DNA of 64,000 nt, from NCBI RefSeq assembly GCF_006345805.1, contig NC_043003.1, forward strand, positions 32,550,001 through 32,614,000, in the 5' to 3' direction. A program made the position numbers and the translations under genes. This stretch comes from Octopus sinensis (lineage: Eukaryota). Positions 39,305 to 53,808 of the stretch are shown here, in pieces; positions within the stretch are counted from its first letter, which is position 1; each line of letters begins with the position of its first letter. The notes under the pieces were generated by a model. That model had not been told where the DNA came from and did not search any database. It saw only the letters and a list, made by a program, of their open reading frames with translations.

Positions 39305-39548
39305 GGATGATGGTGGTGGTGGTGATGATGATGATGATGATGATGATGATGGGGATGATGATGATGATGATGGTGGAGGTGGTGGTGGTGGTCGTCGTCG
39401 TAGTGACAGTATTTATGATAATGGTAAGGATGATGAAAAAGGTTAGGTTGAGGGAAACGATCGTAAAGTGGTTTTCTTTGCGATGACGATGATGAGGAGG
39501 AAGAGGAAAAGAGAAGGCTGGTGATACAGGGGTGATGTTGTTGTTGCT

Positions 39549-39593
<45 letters not shown>

Positions 39594-39598
39594 GGTGG

Positions 39599-39638
<40 letters not shown>

Positions 39639-39668
39639 AGTGGTTGTGGTGGTGGTGGTGGTGGTAGT
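38999..39668. repeat. Compound (GAT)n/(GGT)n trinucleotide microsatellite
   Basis: Seen directly. Confidence 0.95.
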
Positions 39669-39981
39669 GATGGAGTGGCTAGTGACGGTAAAGATGTAGT
39701 GGAGTGATATCAGATGGAAAATGGGAGTAACTGGCAGTGTATAGTCTTACTGATGGCGCATTGGAGGGACTGCAATACCATTGTTAATGACGAGAGTGGT
39801 TGTTGTTGTCGTTGCTGCTGTTATTGGTGGTGGTGTTGTTATTGGAATGGTAGTAGGAGGAGTTGCTGTTGTATAGGTTGCTGCTTCGGTAATGCTATTT
39901 ATGGCACCGAGTGCAAACGTAGATGATCATCCACCAGAAACAATATCAGTGTGCCTACACACGCGCGCACACACAAATACA

Positions 39982-40078
<97 letters not shown>

Positions 40079-40209
40079 ATATACACATATTTATATATCT
40101 ATATATATATATATATATATACGTACATATACATATATAAACATACATATTTGTATATATATGTATATATATATATATACATATATATATATACACATAT
40201 TTATATATC

Positions 40210-40251
<42 letters not shown>

Positions 40252-40272
40252 CATATATATATATATACAATA

Positions 40273-40307
<35 letters not shown>

Positions 40308-42479
40308 GTATGTATATATATATCGCTGTTGATTCTATTCAGTTAGCTTGTCTGACACACCTACTCAGGTACATATGTCACACGAATAATGAACAATGTA
40401 AAAGTGTTCAGCTGAAACACTTCATATTGTGTTCAACGTTATAGGCAATTAATATTTGATCTTAGAATAGATGTGAAATAAAAGAAACAACAGAATGCTA
40501 GAGGAATGCGTTCCTCACACACTTTAATTCCACCGCTCTCTATTCATTTCAAACTTCTGTGGCTGAAGTCAATAAGGTAGATATTCGGAACATACCGGAA
40601 TAGACTGGAATTGACTAGAATGAACTAGAATCAATTCTATCGACAATTACCAATTTTCTGATACATTTATCACCTTGTACCAATGTTGGAAATCAATAGT
40701 TAATCAAGTACAAGATGATAAATTTAGAAATAACGTTGACTGATTAAGAGAATAGATTGGAAAGAAAAAAAAAAGCTAAACGCCCTGCGATATTTCGTTA
40801 TGTTCTTTTCCGTTCTGACCTTTAAATACTGTGAAGAACTGGGACCGATATAAGAAACTATACCCCTTCCTATTTAGGGAATTTTGCTCCTTTGTAAAAA
40901 AAAACAAGGTTTAAATAAATAATACATGGATAGCGTCGGTTTAAGCAACAGAACAGTGCAGTTATGCGTATTTTATAGCAGAGTAGTAGTAGTAGTAGTA
41001 GTAGTAGCAGCAGCAGCAGCGTCGGCGGTGGCAGCGGCGGTAGTGGTGGTGGTGGTGGTGGTGGTGGTGGTGGTAGTAAATGATTTAAATTTACAGAAAA
41101 GCAAAAGATGAAGACAGGTCAAGGAACAACAAGCAGGTGTATTAGTAGTAGTAGTAGTAGTAGTAGTAGTTGTTGTTGTGTTGTTGTTGTTGCTTTTGTT
41201 GAGCAAACCTATGATCAAAGATATGACCATCAAACATTAAGATTTTTTTTGTCTGTTTTACCGTTTTCTTTTGTTTACTTGTTTCTTATCATAGTGTAGT
41301 CTCCTGGGTTAAATTATCTCATGGTTTTCATGGCTTATGACGTTTAGGTATTATTTGAAAGCGATATGGTTCCTATTTTTGTAGATTGTGAGACCATGCC
41401 ATGTCTTTTTGCTTCTCATTTTATTGTTTCTTATCTAGTATGTACCCCCACTGCTCCTGGTATAAACCAAATCAGAATTAATGCTATTTAGCCTTGTTCC
41501 GAGATCGATAACTTGATCTTCTTCAAGAATTGGAACACAGGTTGATCTTGAGTCTACTAAAACTAGTGATCATTTCTTCTAGACACCACAGACGAAACTA
41601 GTATATTTTTACAGGGTAATATTTTGTGACCATATATTTCGTGTCCATATTTTGTGACCAGCATTGTGTCCAGCGATGTGTAGCAACATCTGATAGCCTG
41701 GTCGGTCACGGTGATCACGGCGATCACGGCGATATTTTTACAGTGTTATAATTTTTACAGTGTTATATTTTCACAGGGTTACATTTTTACATGATATATT
41801 TTATAAGGCGAAAGGGAGAGTAAGCCCAACCAAAATAGGAGTTAAACTTGCTCTCCCTCATTATCCGATCGAATATCATAAGAAGTAAACTTTGTAACGA
41901 GCCAAACAAGGAATCAGATCATGATCACTTAGAAAAATAAATCGCCCTCAACATACACCTTAACAATTTTTAAAAAGTAAAGGCATTTAGATATTTAAAA
42001 CTTGAGAGAAAAACAAGATTATCATGACTTGGATGCCTTTCAGCACAAGATTTTTCTTACTCATGACTGACTAAGGACGAGAGAAGTCAACATTTTACCT
42101 AGAGAAGAAATTATGTATCTCCATTACTGACTAAAATGATTCCGTGTTGATACTACTTTGAAAGAAAATAAAATTCAATGCAGTAAATATGAATATGACT
42201 GAGATAGTAGGGGACAAGACGATTTTTAAAAAAGAAATTACGTATGAGAAACACATTTTTGATATTACAATGTTAGGAACAAAATTTTGATATTAAATGC
42301 GAGAACAGATGAATTTTAGAGTAAAGGATAACAAACTGGAGGTAAGGCCAGCTATTCGTTAAACTTTCACCGGCACCGTGTTTAGTTCGTGATGAAGAGA
42401 ATCATCTCACAACAACAGTTTACAAACTTCCAGTAAATTATATCTGTCACTCCAGTTTTGTTTCACTGTTAAGGCACTT

Positions 42480-43076
42480 TTTATTTCTTTACTGCCCACA
42501 AGGAGCTACACAGAGAAGGGACAAACAAGGACAACAAACGGATTAAGTCGATTGTATCGACCCCAATGCGTAACTGGTACTTATTTAATCGACCCCGAAA
42601 GGATGAAAGGCAAAGTCGACCTCGGCGGAATTTGAACTCAGAAGGTAGCGGCAGACTAAATACCTATTACTTTACTACCCACAAGGGGCTAAACATAGAG
42701 GGGACAAACAAGGACAACAAACGGACTAAGCCGATTACATCGACCCCAGTACGTAACTGGTACTTAATTTATCGACCCCGAAAGGATGAAAGGCAAAGTC
42801 GACCTCGGCGGAATTTGAACTCAGAACGTAAAGACAAGCGATGTACTTATTTCTTTACTACCCACAAGGAGTTAAATACAGAGAGGACAAACAAAGACAG
42901 ACAAACGGATTAAGTCGATTACATCGACCCCAGTGCGTAACTGGTACTTAATTTATCGACCCCGAAAGGATGAAAGGCAAAGTCGACCTCGGCGGAATTT
43001 GAACTCAGAACATAAAGACTAGCAAAATACCGCTAAGCATTTCGCCCGGCGTACTAACGTTTCTGCGAGCTCGCCC
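42480..43076 (-). mobile_element. SINE family B: one head followed by three tandem body+tail units
   Basis: ATCGACCCCGAAAGGATGAAAGGCAAAGTCGACCTCGGCGGAATTTGAACTCAGAA occurs three times identically, with a period of ~180 bp. Head at ~43020-43076. Confidence 0.9.
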
Positions 43077-44407
43077 TGTTAACTTATTCTTTGCACCTGT
43101 TATGTCGATAGCTTGGCAAATCAGTGTTGTTTCCTGATTAAATTCAATATAATTCCATTTACTTTACTTTTATTCTCAGAAGTCAAGCAATCTCATTCCT
43201 CTCCGCTATGAAATAGTAATTTTATAACGTTAAATATCTGAAAAGTGCTAGATTATACTCTATTATAGATGCAACACTTTATTCTAAGGGGGGGGCATTT
43301 TTTTGCTATTCACTGCAGCGAGGTTGCTAAAATATGCATGAATTCCTTGCCTGTTGCTATTCTTCCTCAAACAGAATTGACCGTAATTAAAATAATAATA
43401 ATAATAATAATAATTTAATTAGCCATTGAAGGTAATATTTTAAAATTTATTTCTGTAGAACCAATATCCATCATCACTTTTATCTTTCCTACAATTAAAA
43501 TAAAAGACCGATAAATCAACAATTTCATTTCAAAGAGTTAAAATCCGAAAGAGTGGCACATTGCCAATGACCAATCAGGTTGTTCTTTATTTCTGTCAGT
43601 ACGAACAGGAAATTAAAGCAATTTTTTTTTTCGTCAGACCCTGTGAAGGTTATTCTGTCCTAACTTCCGACCATAAAATTTCCTGTCTTAGATACTGAAA
43701 ACGAAAATTGTGTATTTTGCTGTTAACTCTATTGTCAGAAAAAGCTAATCATTTGAAATAGCTGGGCAAGTTCGGATATAATTAGAATTGAAACAACTAC
43801 AATAAACTTAACAACAATAAAAGCAACACCAGAAATAACAACAACAAACGCTAAGGTAATAAACGCCAAAATACAATAACAACTATAATAGTAACAGCGT
43901 CGATACAAAGCTAAATAACGATTTATTTTTCAGCGGTGAAATAAAAATTTCATTGTTTCTAATTGTTTTGGAGGTTATTTATTATTACACACACATGTAT
44001 ATACACACGAATACATACATATATACACACACACGCACGTACACACACACACGCACACACGCATGCACACACACACATACACACACACAACACACACACA
44101 CACACACACATACACACACATACACACACACACACGGTGGGACTATTTATTCTCAGTGGGGCTATTGGCTTAGGTTCAAAATAACTGCAGCATAGTTAAT
44201 ATCAGAACAAAATGTAAACCAATAATATTACAGAAACAAAGGAAATAACTTATAGCTAAGTGGATATAAGGTTTATCCAACAACCAAGTGGTTCTCGGTT
44301 CACTTTCACTGCACAGTACTTTTGGCACGTGTTATATATGCATAATTCCTTGTCAGTTGTATTTTTATAATGTCCTTTTGTTTCTGTCTTAGTATACAAA
44401 ATTATGT

Positions 44408-44559
44408 GTGCAGTTATGGTTGTGTGGAAAAAACATAGCTTCCCAACCACGGGTTTCGGGTTCAGTCCCACTGCGAGCAACCCCGGACAAGGCTTGTGAA
44501 TGCATTGTGTGCTCACATCCGTGTGTGTATGTATGCGTGTTCGCGTGCGTATGTGCGTG

Positions 44560-44603
<44 letters not shown>

Positions 44604-44680
44604 CGTATTCGTGTCTTAGCTAATGCTTGAGAAATGGTATTGGTTTGTTTACATCCCTATAAATTTGCAGTTCCGGAAAC
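44408..44680 (+). mobile_element. SINE family A, decayed
   Basis: GTGCAGTTATGGTTGTGTGG...GGGTTCAGTCCCACTGCG, then a microsatellite. Confidence 0.65.
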
Positions 44681-44904
44681 AAAACTCAAAAGTTAAAAGA
44701 TGTAAAACCTGATCAAACGTTTGATTCAATAATGTTGTTTGCTGGTGCATTTATTTTCTTTCATAGATGTTAAGGTACATTAGCATGTAAATAAATGAGA
44801 ATGAATACATGGGCAACGTTATAAGGATATTATTGTAAACAATAATATCAAGTGGCAAAGCATGCATGAAAAATACCATGAGGTAAGAAATTATTATTAA
44901 TTAA

Positions 44905-45182
44905 TAATTAATGGTACTACAGGTAACACTGGCGCGTTAAAATTAGCAATCAGAATGCAACTACAACCACAAATTTTCACTGATACACGTTAATTGAGGT
45001 CAGGAGAATGAACAAAAATTCTAAGACCCAGTAACAATAATGAAAAGAATCGTAAATTGAATTTTTGCTCATTTCCCCTGACTTCAATTCATGTGAATCA
45101 GTGAAAATTTATGGTTGTAGTTGTAGTTGCATTCTAAATGGTATTTGTAGCGTGCTAGTGCTTCCTGTAGTACCCTTAATTA
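44905..45182. repeat. Diverged inverted repeat, ~115-bp arms, ~40-bp spacer (MITE-like or inverted pLTR-like)
   Basis: TAATTAATGGTACTACAGG...GAACAAAAATT pairs with AATTTTTGCTC...CCTGTAGTACCCTTAATTA. Confidence 0.8.
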
Positions 45183-45197
45183 TCAACACACACACAC

Positions 45198-45253
<56 letters not shown>

Positions 45254-45489
45254 CAATAACCGGTTTTTTTTGTCAAACTATCGTATCTCCAGCTGCTTCG
45301 GATGCCAAAATATCAAAAACTGTCAAAGTGTTGTACAACGGGTTTGCTATGGAATGGTGAAACTATTTTTTTGTTTTCTGAAAAAGCAAGGTCTTGGACT
45401 AACGATATCTTTGCATAATAACAACGATATCTGTGTGTATGTATGTATGTATGTATGTATGTATGTATGTATGTATGTATGTATGTATG

Positions 45490-45552
<63 letters not shown>

Positions 45553-45950
45553 GTATGAATTAGAAGCCAACTCGAGTATATAAACAAAATCAACCACACA
45601 TACACAAGGTGTATATAGCCGTAAGGCTTCGTGGTGTTATATATGATTAATTCTTTGTACGATGAGTTTTTATAATGTCTTTTTGCTTCTGTCTTAGTAT
45701 ACATTCGCTAGCTTTTTTTCAGTAGCTTAATAACAGCACTGGCGCTTCCAAAATTGTGTGGTCTCGATGGTAATGTCGCGAAACCACGTTGATACTTCGG
45801 GTCGTTGACTGACGAGGAAACCTCAGCTGCGAATATTCCGTGTATCGTGTCTTTGTCTAAATTTCCTGTCCGGTAAGTTTTCGTCTAGTTTCTCGTTTAC
45901 TCTACTTTCATCTAACCGTTACTTCTTGTTGTATTCTTTCTGTTCAACCC

Positions 45951-46012
<62 letters not shown>

Positions 46013-46190
46013 TCAGTAACGATAATGGTGTATTTAGTTACAGTAATTCGCTTATTTGATAAGCAGTCAGTAGCAAGACCAATGAACGTGAAAGACCGGT
46101 ACTTATTGCTACAACGTAGCTTTACAGTAACGAGTATTGACAGCTGTAATAAGAACGGAAAAATAAAGGCATGAAGAGAGAATATCTTCA

Positions 46191-46799
46191 CATACATACA
46201 TGCGTACATACATACATACGTGTATACATACATACTTACTTACATACATACGTACATACATACATACATACATACATACATACATACATACTACATACAT
46301 ACATACATACATACATACATACAGGCATACATGCATAGATACATACATACAGGCATACATACATACTAACATACATTCCTTGCTCATTATACGTAATGAT
46401 AAAACTTTTTACTACCATTTGATTTTCATTTTGTCGAGAGACCTACATATATACATGCATACACACACATACATACATGCATACATACATACATACATAC
46501 ATGCATACATACATACATACATACATACATGCATACATACGTACGTACATACATACATACATACATACATACATACATACATACATACATACATACATAC
46601 ATACATACATACATACATGCATGCATGCGTACGTACATACATACATGCATACATACGTACATACATACATACGTACGTACGTACATACATACATACATAT
46701 ATATATATATATACATACATACATGCATACATGCATGCATACATACATACATACATACATACATACATGCATACATACATACATACGTACGTACATACA

Positions 46800-46833
<34 letters not shown>

Positions 46834-46983
46834 CATACATGCATACATGCATGCATACATACATACATACATACATACATACATACATACATACATACAT
46901 ACATACATACATTCTCTGCTCATCATTATCCGTAATGATAAAACTTTCTACTACCATTTGATTTCTATTTTGTCGAGAGACTT
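46191..46983. repeat. (TACA)n arrays with a duplicated ~70-bp unique segment
   Basis: 46374-46444 resembles 46910-46983. Each copy follows a (TACA)n tract. Confidence 0.9.
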
Positions 46984-48688
46984 ATCTGAGGGCAACTGTA
47001 CTTAAATGAAATTTTTGCTGACAGATTATATTAACTGTTAGACTGACATTCATGCTCGTTCCAGATATTTAGGAAGGTGATGGACATAAAATGAATAACT
47101 AGAAAGCGGCACCAAGCAATGATTATTTTTCTCTTTTTGACCTCTACTTAGTTTTATTTTGTAAGGTAGATAGATGTTCGTCACACATCTCACTTCTCAA
47201 ATTGATGAAATCAATAACTGTGGACGTATCAAAGTCTGATTATTTTTGTAAACGATTTAATCAAAAGAGAAAGAGTAGAGCCCATAACAGGTTGTCAGGG
47301 TGTCCTGGATTACTTGGAGGAAGAGAAGAAATTATTCTCAGCGAAGAGGCTAAGTCTGGATGCATGAAACAATGTTTATTGAACTGAAGGCATCCAAAGG
47401 TCACAAGATGGCGTTAGTATCGTACGTACTATTGCTACCCAAGAACGAGAACAGTCCCTCCTATGTGCATCTACGCAATTTCTATCTGCTAAATTTTACA
47501 TATAAGGCTTTAGTCAATTCGAAGATATTGTTGACGATCCTGGTAGACATAGTTGCAAAGCTAACATCATTACCACACGGCAATACCTGCGCTCATAAAG
47601 TGAATTTAGATTGGATTTTATCGACTTTATCTAATTCATTCGCTCAATTCACACAATTTCAATTATCAAACAGTCGCTAATTAGATACATACACAACGCT
47701 TTAATACACTTGGAACATCTGGAGTTGGTCTGGAAAGTTGTATTTAAACAAATACCCCTACACCTTTTCCCACCTCCTTAATGCTTGAGGTGTAAGAAAG
47801 ACGGAGATCTTGATTTTCCTGTGCAAACTACAAAGCAGGAGAGCAAATATAATTTGTTTGTAAAATTTTGTTGAATGGTTGCATAAGGAATAATTATTTC
47901 CTCTTGTGATCACCATTATGCAATTAACATTATTACTTTTGTAGAAGCGAGCGCCGTAGATGCAATTTTGCAGGAAGTGACTATGCTTCTATATTGTAAC
48001 GATCTTTCTTTATCAACTTTTCTAGCTTTGTGATCGATATGACTGTCATTAAATCCTATTCCGTGTACTCATGTAAGATATGGACTTTTTGTGATATCAC
48101 TTGAAAATATTGATTAGAATTTAGATGAAAAAGCAACCTGTCTTTTGAACAGATGTTTCTACGTCACAAATTCAGCTTGCTGAGTTAGTAGCATAATCTG
48201 CGACAGACTTTTGATAACGATTTTTGTGATAAACAGTGTCGTTTGTTAAAGGATACTGACGGCAAATGGGCGTTTGCACAAATCCAGCGATACATTACTA
48301 CAACAAGATATTTTTGTTAGAAGTCAACGGTTTATCACTTTTCTCGCAAGTCAGCGATATATAAGGGGGAAAGATTTATTTACATACACACACATAAACA
48401 CACACACGCTCATACATACATACATACATACATATATACATACATACACACATGCATATGCATGTGGTGTGTGTGTGCGTTCATGTAAATACACGATGGC
48501 CTCCCTCCACTGCTCATTTCCATCTACAAAACTTTATTCACAAACCACCGGTCGTTTCAAGACAAACGTAAAAAGCACTTACTTAAGGGGTGGTGCAAAT
48601 ATATTGAACTTAGAATTAAGCAGTTGTGAAGCAAACTTTTTAATCCACCCTGGAATACCAGCAATTTTGATGGTGATATAGATTTTTA

Positions 48689-49111
48689 ATTGAGATGGCA
48701 AATATACCTCACATTGTCGTGCAGTTACTGTTTATACCTCGTTCAGAGATTTATTATTGCTTGCATATACTTTTTCAAGATCAGTGACGAAAAGTTACTG
48801 GAAAAAGGATATAAGTATTTGCATTGGGACTCCTTTCATCGAAAACCGGTGATTGTCGTACGCTGATGACGGGTCAATACCTAGAAACTGCAATTCGTGC
48901 GTATCACTTAGGTTGACGAGGGAAGGATGACCTCCCTTTGCAACTACCTTAGGGCACAGAAAGTGTGTCTATAGCCAGCTGGAGGAGATATTCTCCTGGG
49001 GTTACAAGCTACAGTAACATCCACCCTTAGTGGTTAGCCATATTGAGATGGCAAATATACCTCACATTGTCGTGCAGTTACTGTTTATACTTCGTTCAGA
49101 GATTTATTATT
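48689..49111 (+). mobile_element. Retrozyme-like non-coding element: 1.2 copies of a 353-bp hammerhead-containing monomer
   Basis: 70-bp direct repeat (48689-48758 and 49042-49111, 1 mismatch). Hammerhead at 48849-48907. Homologous to 62211-62833. Confidence 0.8.
48849..48907 (+). ncRNA. Type I hammerhead ribozyme motif, probably partly decayed
   Basis: GTGAT.TGT.CGTACG-CTGATGA-CGGGT(CAAT)ACCTA-GAAA-CTGCAA-TT-CGTGCG.T.ATCAC. Stem III is one change away from the palindrome ACTGCAGT. Confidence 0.7.
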
Positions 49112-49804
49112 ACAGATTTTGAATTGTTTTCATAGATACAGAGGCAAAAATGTCAGAAAGACAGAAGGAAAGAAGGAAATATTTAAAGAAAGTAAAAGAT
49201 ATACACAAGAAAAAAATGGCTCAAATCTCTTTATTTAGACCTTTCAGTCGTTATCATCTCTTCAATTTTTCAAACACAGTGTATCTAGAGGTATGTTATC
49301 TGAAGTTACCTTTTTGACTGGGATTTTTCTTTTTTTTCTTTTTTTAAGATAATATCGTATAATTTGGAGATAGTTTAGCTGTTAATCCCTTCAAGTGATG
49401 TGACCACATAGAAGTTTTCTTTTTATCTCGTGTTTGATGATGGTGCTGCTGTTGTTGTTATTTAGCTCCAGGTCAGCCTTAGTTGAACAGATCTGTAGTC
49501 GAAGACGCTCCCGTTTGCCTAGATTTTTCCCCCATACACTTACATCCCGTCACTACTCCACCCCGAAACACAACACATAATTAATGCCTTTCTTTTCCGA
49601 CAATGAATTGCCAGCAGGTTGTACAATCTTTTAGAGGCTTTTTAGTTTCTCTGTTGACAAATTGTAGATAGACACAAGGAAATAGGCATGGAAAAGAAAT
49701 TACGGAAACAAATAAACGACACACAGAGAGAAAGAAGGAAACAAACTGAGATAGCAGATAAAATCAGAGAATATATTAGGCGTTTCTAGAAAATGGATGT
49801 AAGC

Positions 49805-49846
<42 letters not shown>

Positions 49847-51340
49847 GTGTATGTATGTATGTATGTATTTGTATACAGCAGCCGACAGACAGCTATGCGT
49901 GATTTGTCGGTTAATATTTGAATCTGACGACATAACGTGGTTTTCGTTGAGATATTTGCTTGGAAATGCATTTGTCGGAAACACACTTAATATTTTTAGT
50001 GTATACATTATAAACTGACATATGAATATTCGTATCTGCGTGTGCACGCACGTGTGAGTGTGTGTGTATGTGTGTGTGTGTGTGTGGTGTGTGTGTGTGT
50101 GCTGGTGTCTGCAGTTATAAACATACATATTCATGCGCTCCCTCGAAAACGGATACATATAAAAATACACAAATACATACATTCGTCTCTCTCCCTCTCT
50201 TTCTCTTTCTCTCTCTCTCTCTCTCACATATATATTTAAATATGCAAATATATGTGTGTTTTTTATGTGTGTATGTGTGTGAATGAGCGTGTGAGGACAA
50301 GGAGAGAAACAGAGAATGGATTCTAGTTCCATAGAAAGACATGTGTGTGTTTGTATGTATGTAAGTATGCATGTATTTATAAATGTATGTATGTATGTAT
50401 ATAATTATGTATGTATGTATGTATGTATGTGTGTATGTACGTATGTGCCTATGTATGTATGTATGTATGTATGTATGTATGTATGTATGTATGTATGTAT
50501 GTATGTATGTATGCATGTATGTATGTATGTATGTATATCTCCATACACTTATACTTGCATAAATTTCCATTATTTGGGTTAATGGAAATGATGGAGTTTC
50601 AATTATATTTCCTTTTCACATTCTATTACCGAGCGAATGGTAAATGTACATCTGCATGTGTGTGTGTGAGTGAGTGAGTGTATGTGTGTATGTGTGTGTG
50701 TGTATGTCTGTGTGCGTGTGTGTGTATGTGTGTGTGTGTGTGTATGTGTATGTATGTGTGCGTATGTGTGTGTGTGTGTGTGTGCATGTGTGTGCATACA
50801 TGCATATGTATATTTGTCTTTTCTTAACGTTTATCCGTTTCTAACACAGGTCCGTTCGTTTTTGCACGAACGCGACCGAAACGTTGGACCAATTGATGAT
50901 GTAGTGTTACCTGTGTGTTTCAATAACAAGCCCAAACCCTCGTTTCCTGCTTTGACTCAGAACGTAAAAGAACCATATCTTTTTATTGCCGTCCAATATC
51001 ATTACTACACAAGAAGTACAAAAAGGTAATGTTGACCTCAACAATATTTAGTCTCAGAGCGCAGAAAACCGCAACAGTTATTGCAAAGCAATCTATACGA
51101 AGATTTAATCACTCTGCCACTTCATAGCCTTCATAAATATAAATATAAAGTAGGTGAATGTGTTTATATATGAACGTATGTCTCAGTGTGATACTGTGTC
51201 ACTGTGCACATGTGTGTGTGTGTATTTGCACATATGAACGTATATATATACATATATATGTGTAAACACAAATATAAACAGGCAGCATACACACACACAT
51301 ATATATTATATATATATATATTATATATATATGCGTATAA

Positions 51341-51384
<44 letters not shown>

Positions 51385-53099
51385 CTTACATACATACATG
51401 CATACATACATACATACATACATACATACATACATACATACATACATACATACATACATACATACATACATACATACATACATACATACATACATACATA
51501 CATCTATTCAAACCTATATATGTAATGTAGTGTGTCTTTGTGCAGCATAGCTAATTTTTCCTAACGTTTTTCTTTCTTTCTGAAAGGCAATTTTATATAA
51601 ATTCAGACGAGACACATTTATTTACAAATAATAATTTCTTTATTGACACATCATATGTCATTAATTATAAATATTTAAGGAAAACACAGCTTGTATCTGT
51701 ATATACGCTGAAAGGTTTTCTTCAGTTTGTAAATTGTGCGCTTTCGTGGTGTAGTTTACTAAGCTTTAACTTCTCTTTTATTTCATTTTATTCTATTTAC
51801 AGACATTCGACATAAATGAGAGCCGCAGCTGTCCGTTTTCGATCGAGTGTCTGATAACGAATGAAAAATTTTCGTACAACATATCTTCTATCTTCCTCGT
51901 GGCATTTTCTCTTATGCACTTGTCTGAGACACATATCGCTAAGAATGACCATACTGACAAGCTAAAAATATGGTATCATGTGTGGTCACAAGTTTCTGAA
52001 GTAAACAACAGTAGCTTTTGATAACAGACAGTTGATGGTGCTGTTGTTAATTTTCACCGGGGTTAGCTTTGAACAAACAATCCTGTAATCAAAAGCGTTC
52101 CAGATAAGATCGCTACATCTTCTTTCTTCATATATTTTATATCTAGGATTATGCTATACGTCTCAAACGATAGTACGAGTTATTTTAGAGCGAATTGACA
52201 GCTATTTCTTGTAAATTGTGTAATCACTAGAAGCTCCTCGTTAATCACGTCTACAAATATGTTCTTATCTTGCTATGCTGATTTTAAATCTAATATCATG
52301 GAATCACTTTCGAATAGGATGACATCCACAATACTAACTTGTCATACATACAGTAATTGAAAGCAAATTTTAATGTCAAAGATGCAGCTGTTAGAGGGCC
52401 CAAATTACAAACCTCAATCACACATACAAACACATAGATACCAAAAATCTACTGTTACTCTACCTAGATTACAGGTTCAGGTTTATGGCTGTAATTATTG
52501 GGACACTGAGATATGTAACACATTGCCTTAGTACTAATCTTGAGAATAAGCTTCTCAAAACCAGAGAAGAGAAGGCTGGTTCGAAGGCTACAGATTAAAG
52601 CCATCACTGAAACTGTAAAAAATTGTAAACCTTTCCAAAAGGTTATCATTTAAGTATATATGCGCGTGTCTAGACATGCAACTATATACATGAGAACATA
52701 TACATAAAACAAAACATGTAAATCTGCACCTGCACTAACTCCAAATACTGCACATGTACACACATACATGCTAAAATACCCTTGGATCTAGGTTACAAAC
52801 CGGCTCTTTCTCTATTGGCAAGACATCTTGAAATAAAACTGAATAATGACATACATACATACATACATGCATATACGGAGGATATCAACTCGTAGATGAG
52901 TTTTGACTATCACTGACAAAATATCTTATCTTCAGATGTTTAAGACAATGACTGTCAGCAATGTTCGTGCTGAAACTTAAAGTTGACAACAACTTGCACA
53001 ACGCACCTAAGATTTTGTTGTGTCTGAAGTGAGTCATATTGTCCTAATGATTTATCATCTAATAAAATTTGTTTCACCAAATTCGATGTTGTTGTTGAA

Positions 53100-53285
53100 T
53101 ACCTTAGGAATGAGAACCCAGGTTCGAAATTTCCCCCAAGACACCTGAAGAAGGCTGGAGGGTATATCAGCCAAAATGTTGTGTTAACAACAAACAAGAT
53201 GAGGACAAATATCCGTCGAATGTAAATAATGCAAATAATGTAAATAATGTACATAATTCCTCATCTCTTAAATATAGAACTGTAT
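53100..53285 (+). mobile_element. Penelope-like pLTR fragment with decayed hammerhead (53140-53185)
   Basis: ACAC-CTGAAGA-A-GGCTG(10 nt)CAGCC-AAAA-TG-TT-GTGT. The expected GAAACG reads AAAATG, consistent with CpG-type decay. Confidence 0.6.
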
Positions 53286-53617
53286 GTTGTCTTCTATGTG
53301 TGAAAAAGAGGGTGTCTTCTTTATCCGTGTGCACTCACAAATATCGATTTATTCTTTGTATTAGCATAAAATTTTAAACGTCTTTATACATATTGAATAA
53401 AGTTTGATGCCACCCTGCTATATCTTAGAATGGCTTGCAAACCTTTTGCGTAGAGCAAAGAAACGTTCATGTTTATTTCACTGTGGTTGCTATTTTATGA
53501 TAGTTCAGCAATTTATACGTCAGCGACTTCATCAACAAAATTTCCAGCTAATAGACGCGCTCATTCTCTCCCCCTCCCTCCCATATCTACCTCCTTCTGT
53601 CTCCCTCTCTTTCCTCT

Positions 53618-53659
<42 letters not shown>

Positions 53660-53760
53660 CTCCCTTCCCCATTTGTAACCTGACATGTCTGAAGGTACGA
53701 AGTATTTAGAATTGCAATAACTAATATATTTGATTTATTATTTATGCTAATATATGTATG

Positions 53761-53808
<48 letters not shown>

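Noticed and set aside
43560-43580. Tandem CCAAT boxes (GCCAATGACCAATCAG)
   Set aside because: No downstream gene or other promoter evidence.
45770-45850. CGAAA...GTC...CTGACGA arrangement (possible type II hammerhead)
   Set aside because: Stems I and II cannot be formed convincingly.
47700-48300. Faint Tc1-like peptide echoes on the minus strand
   Set aside because: Too decayed to support without a profile search.
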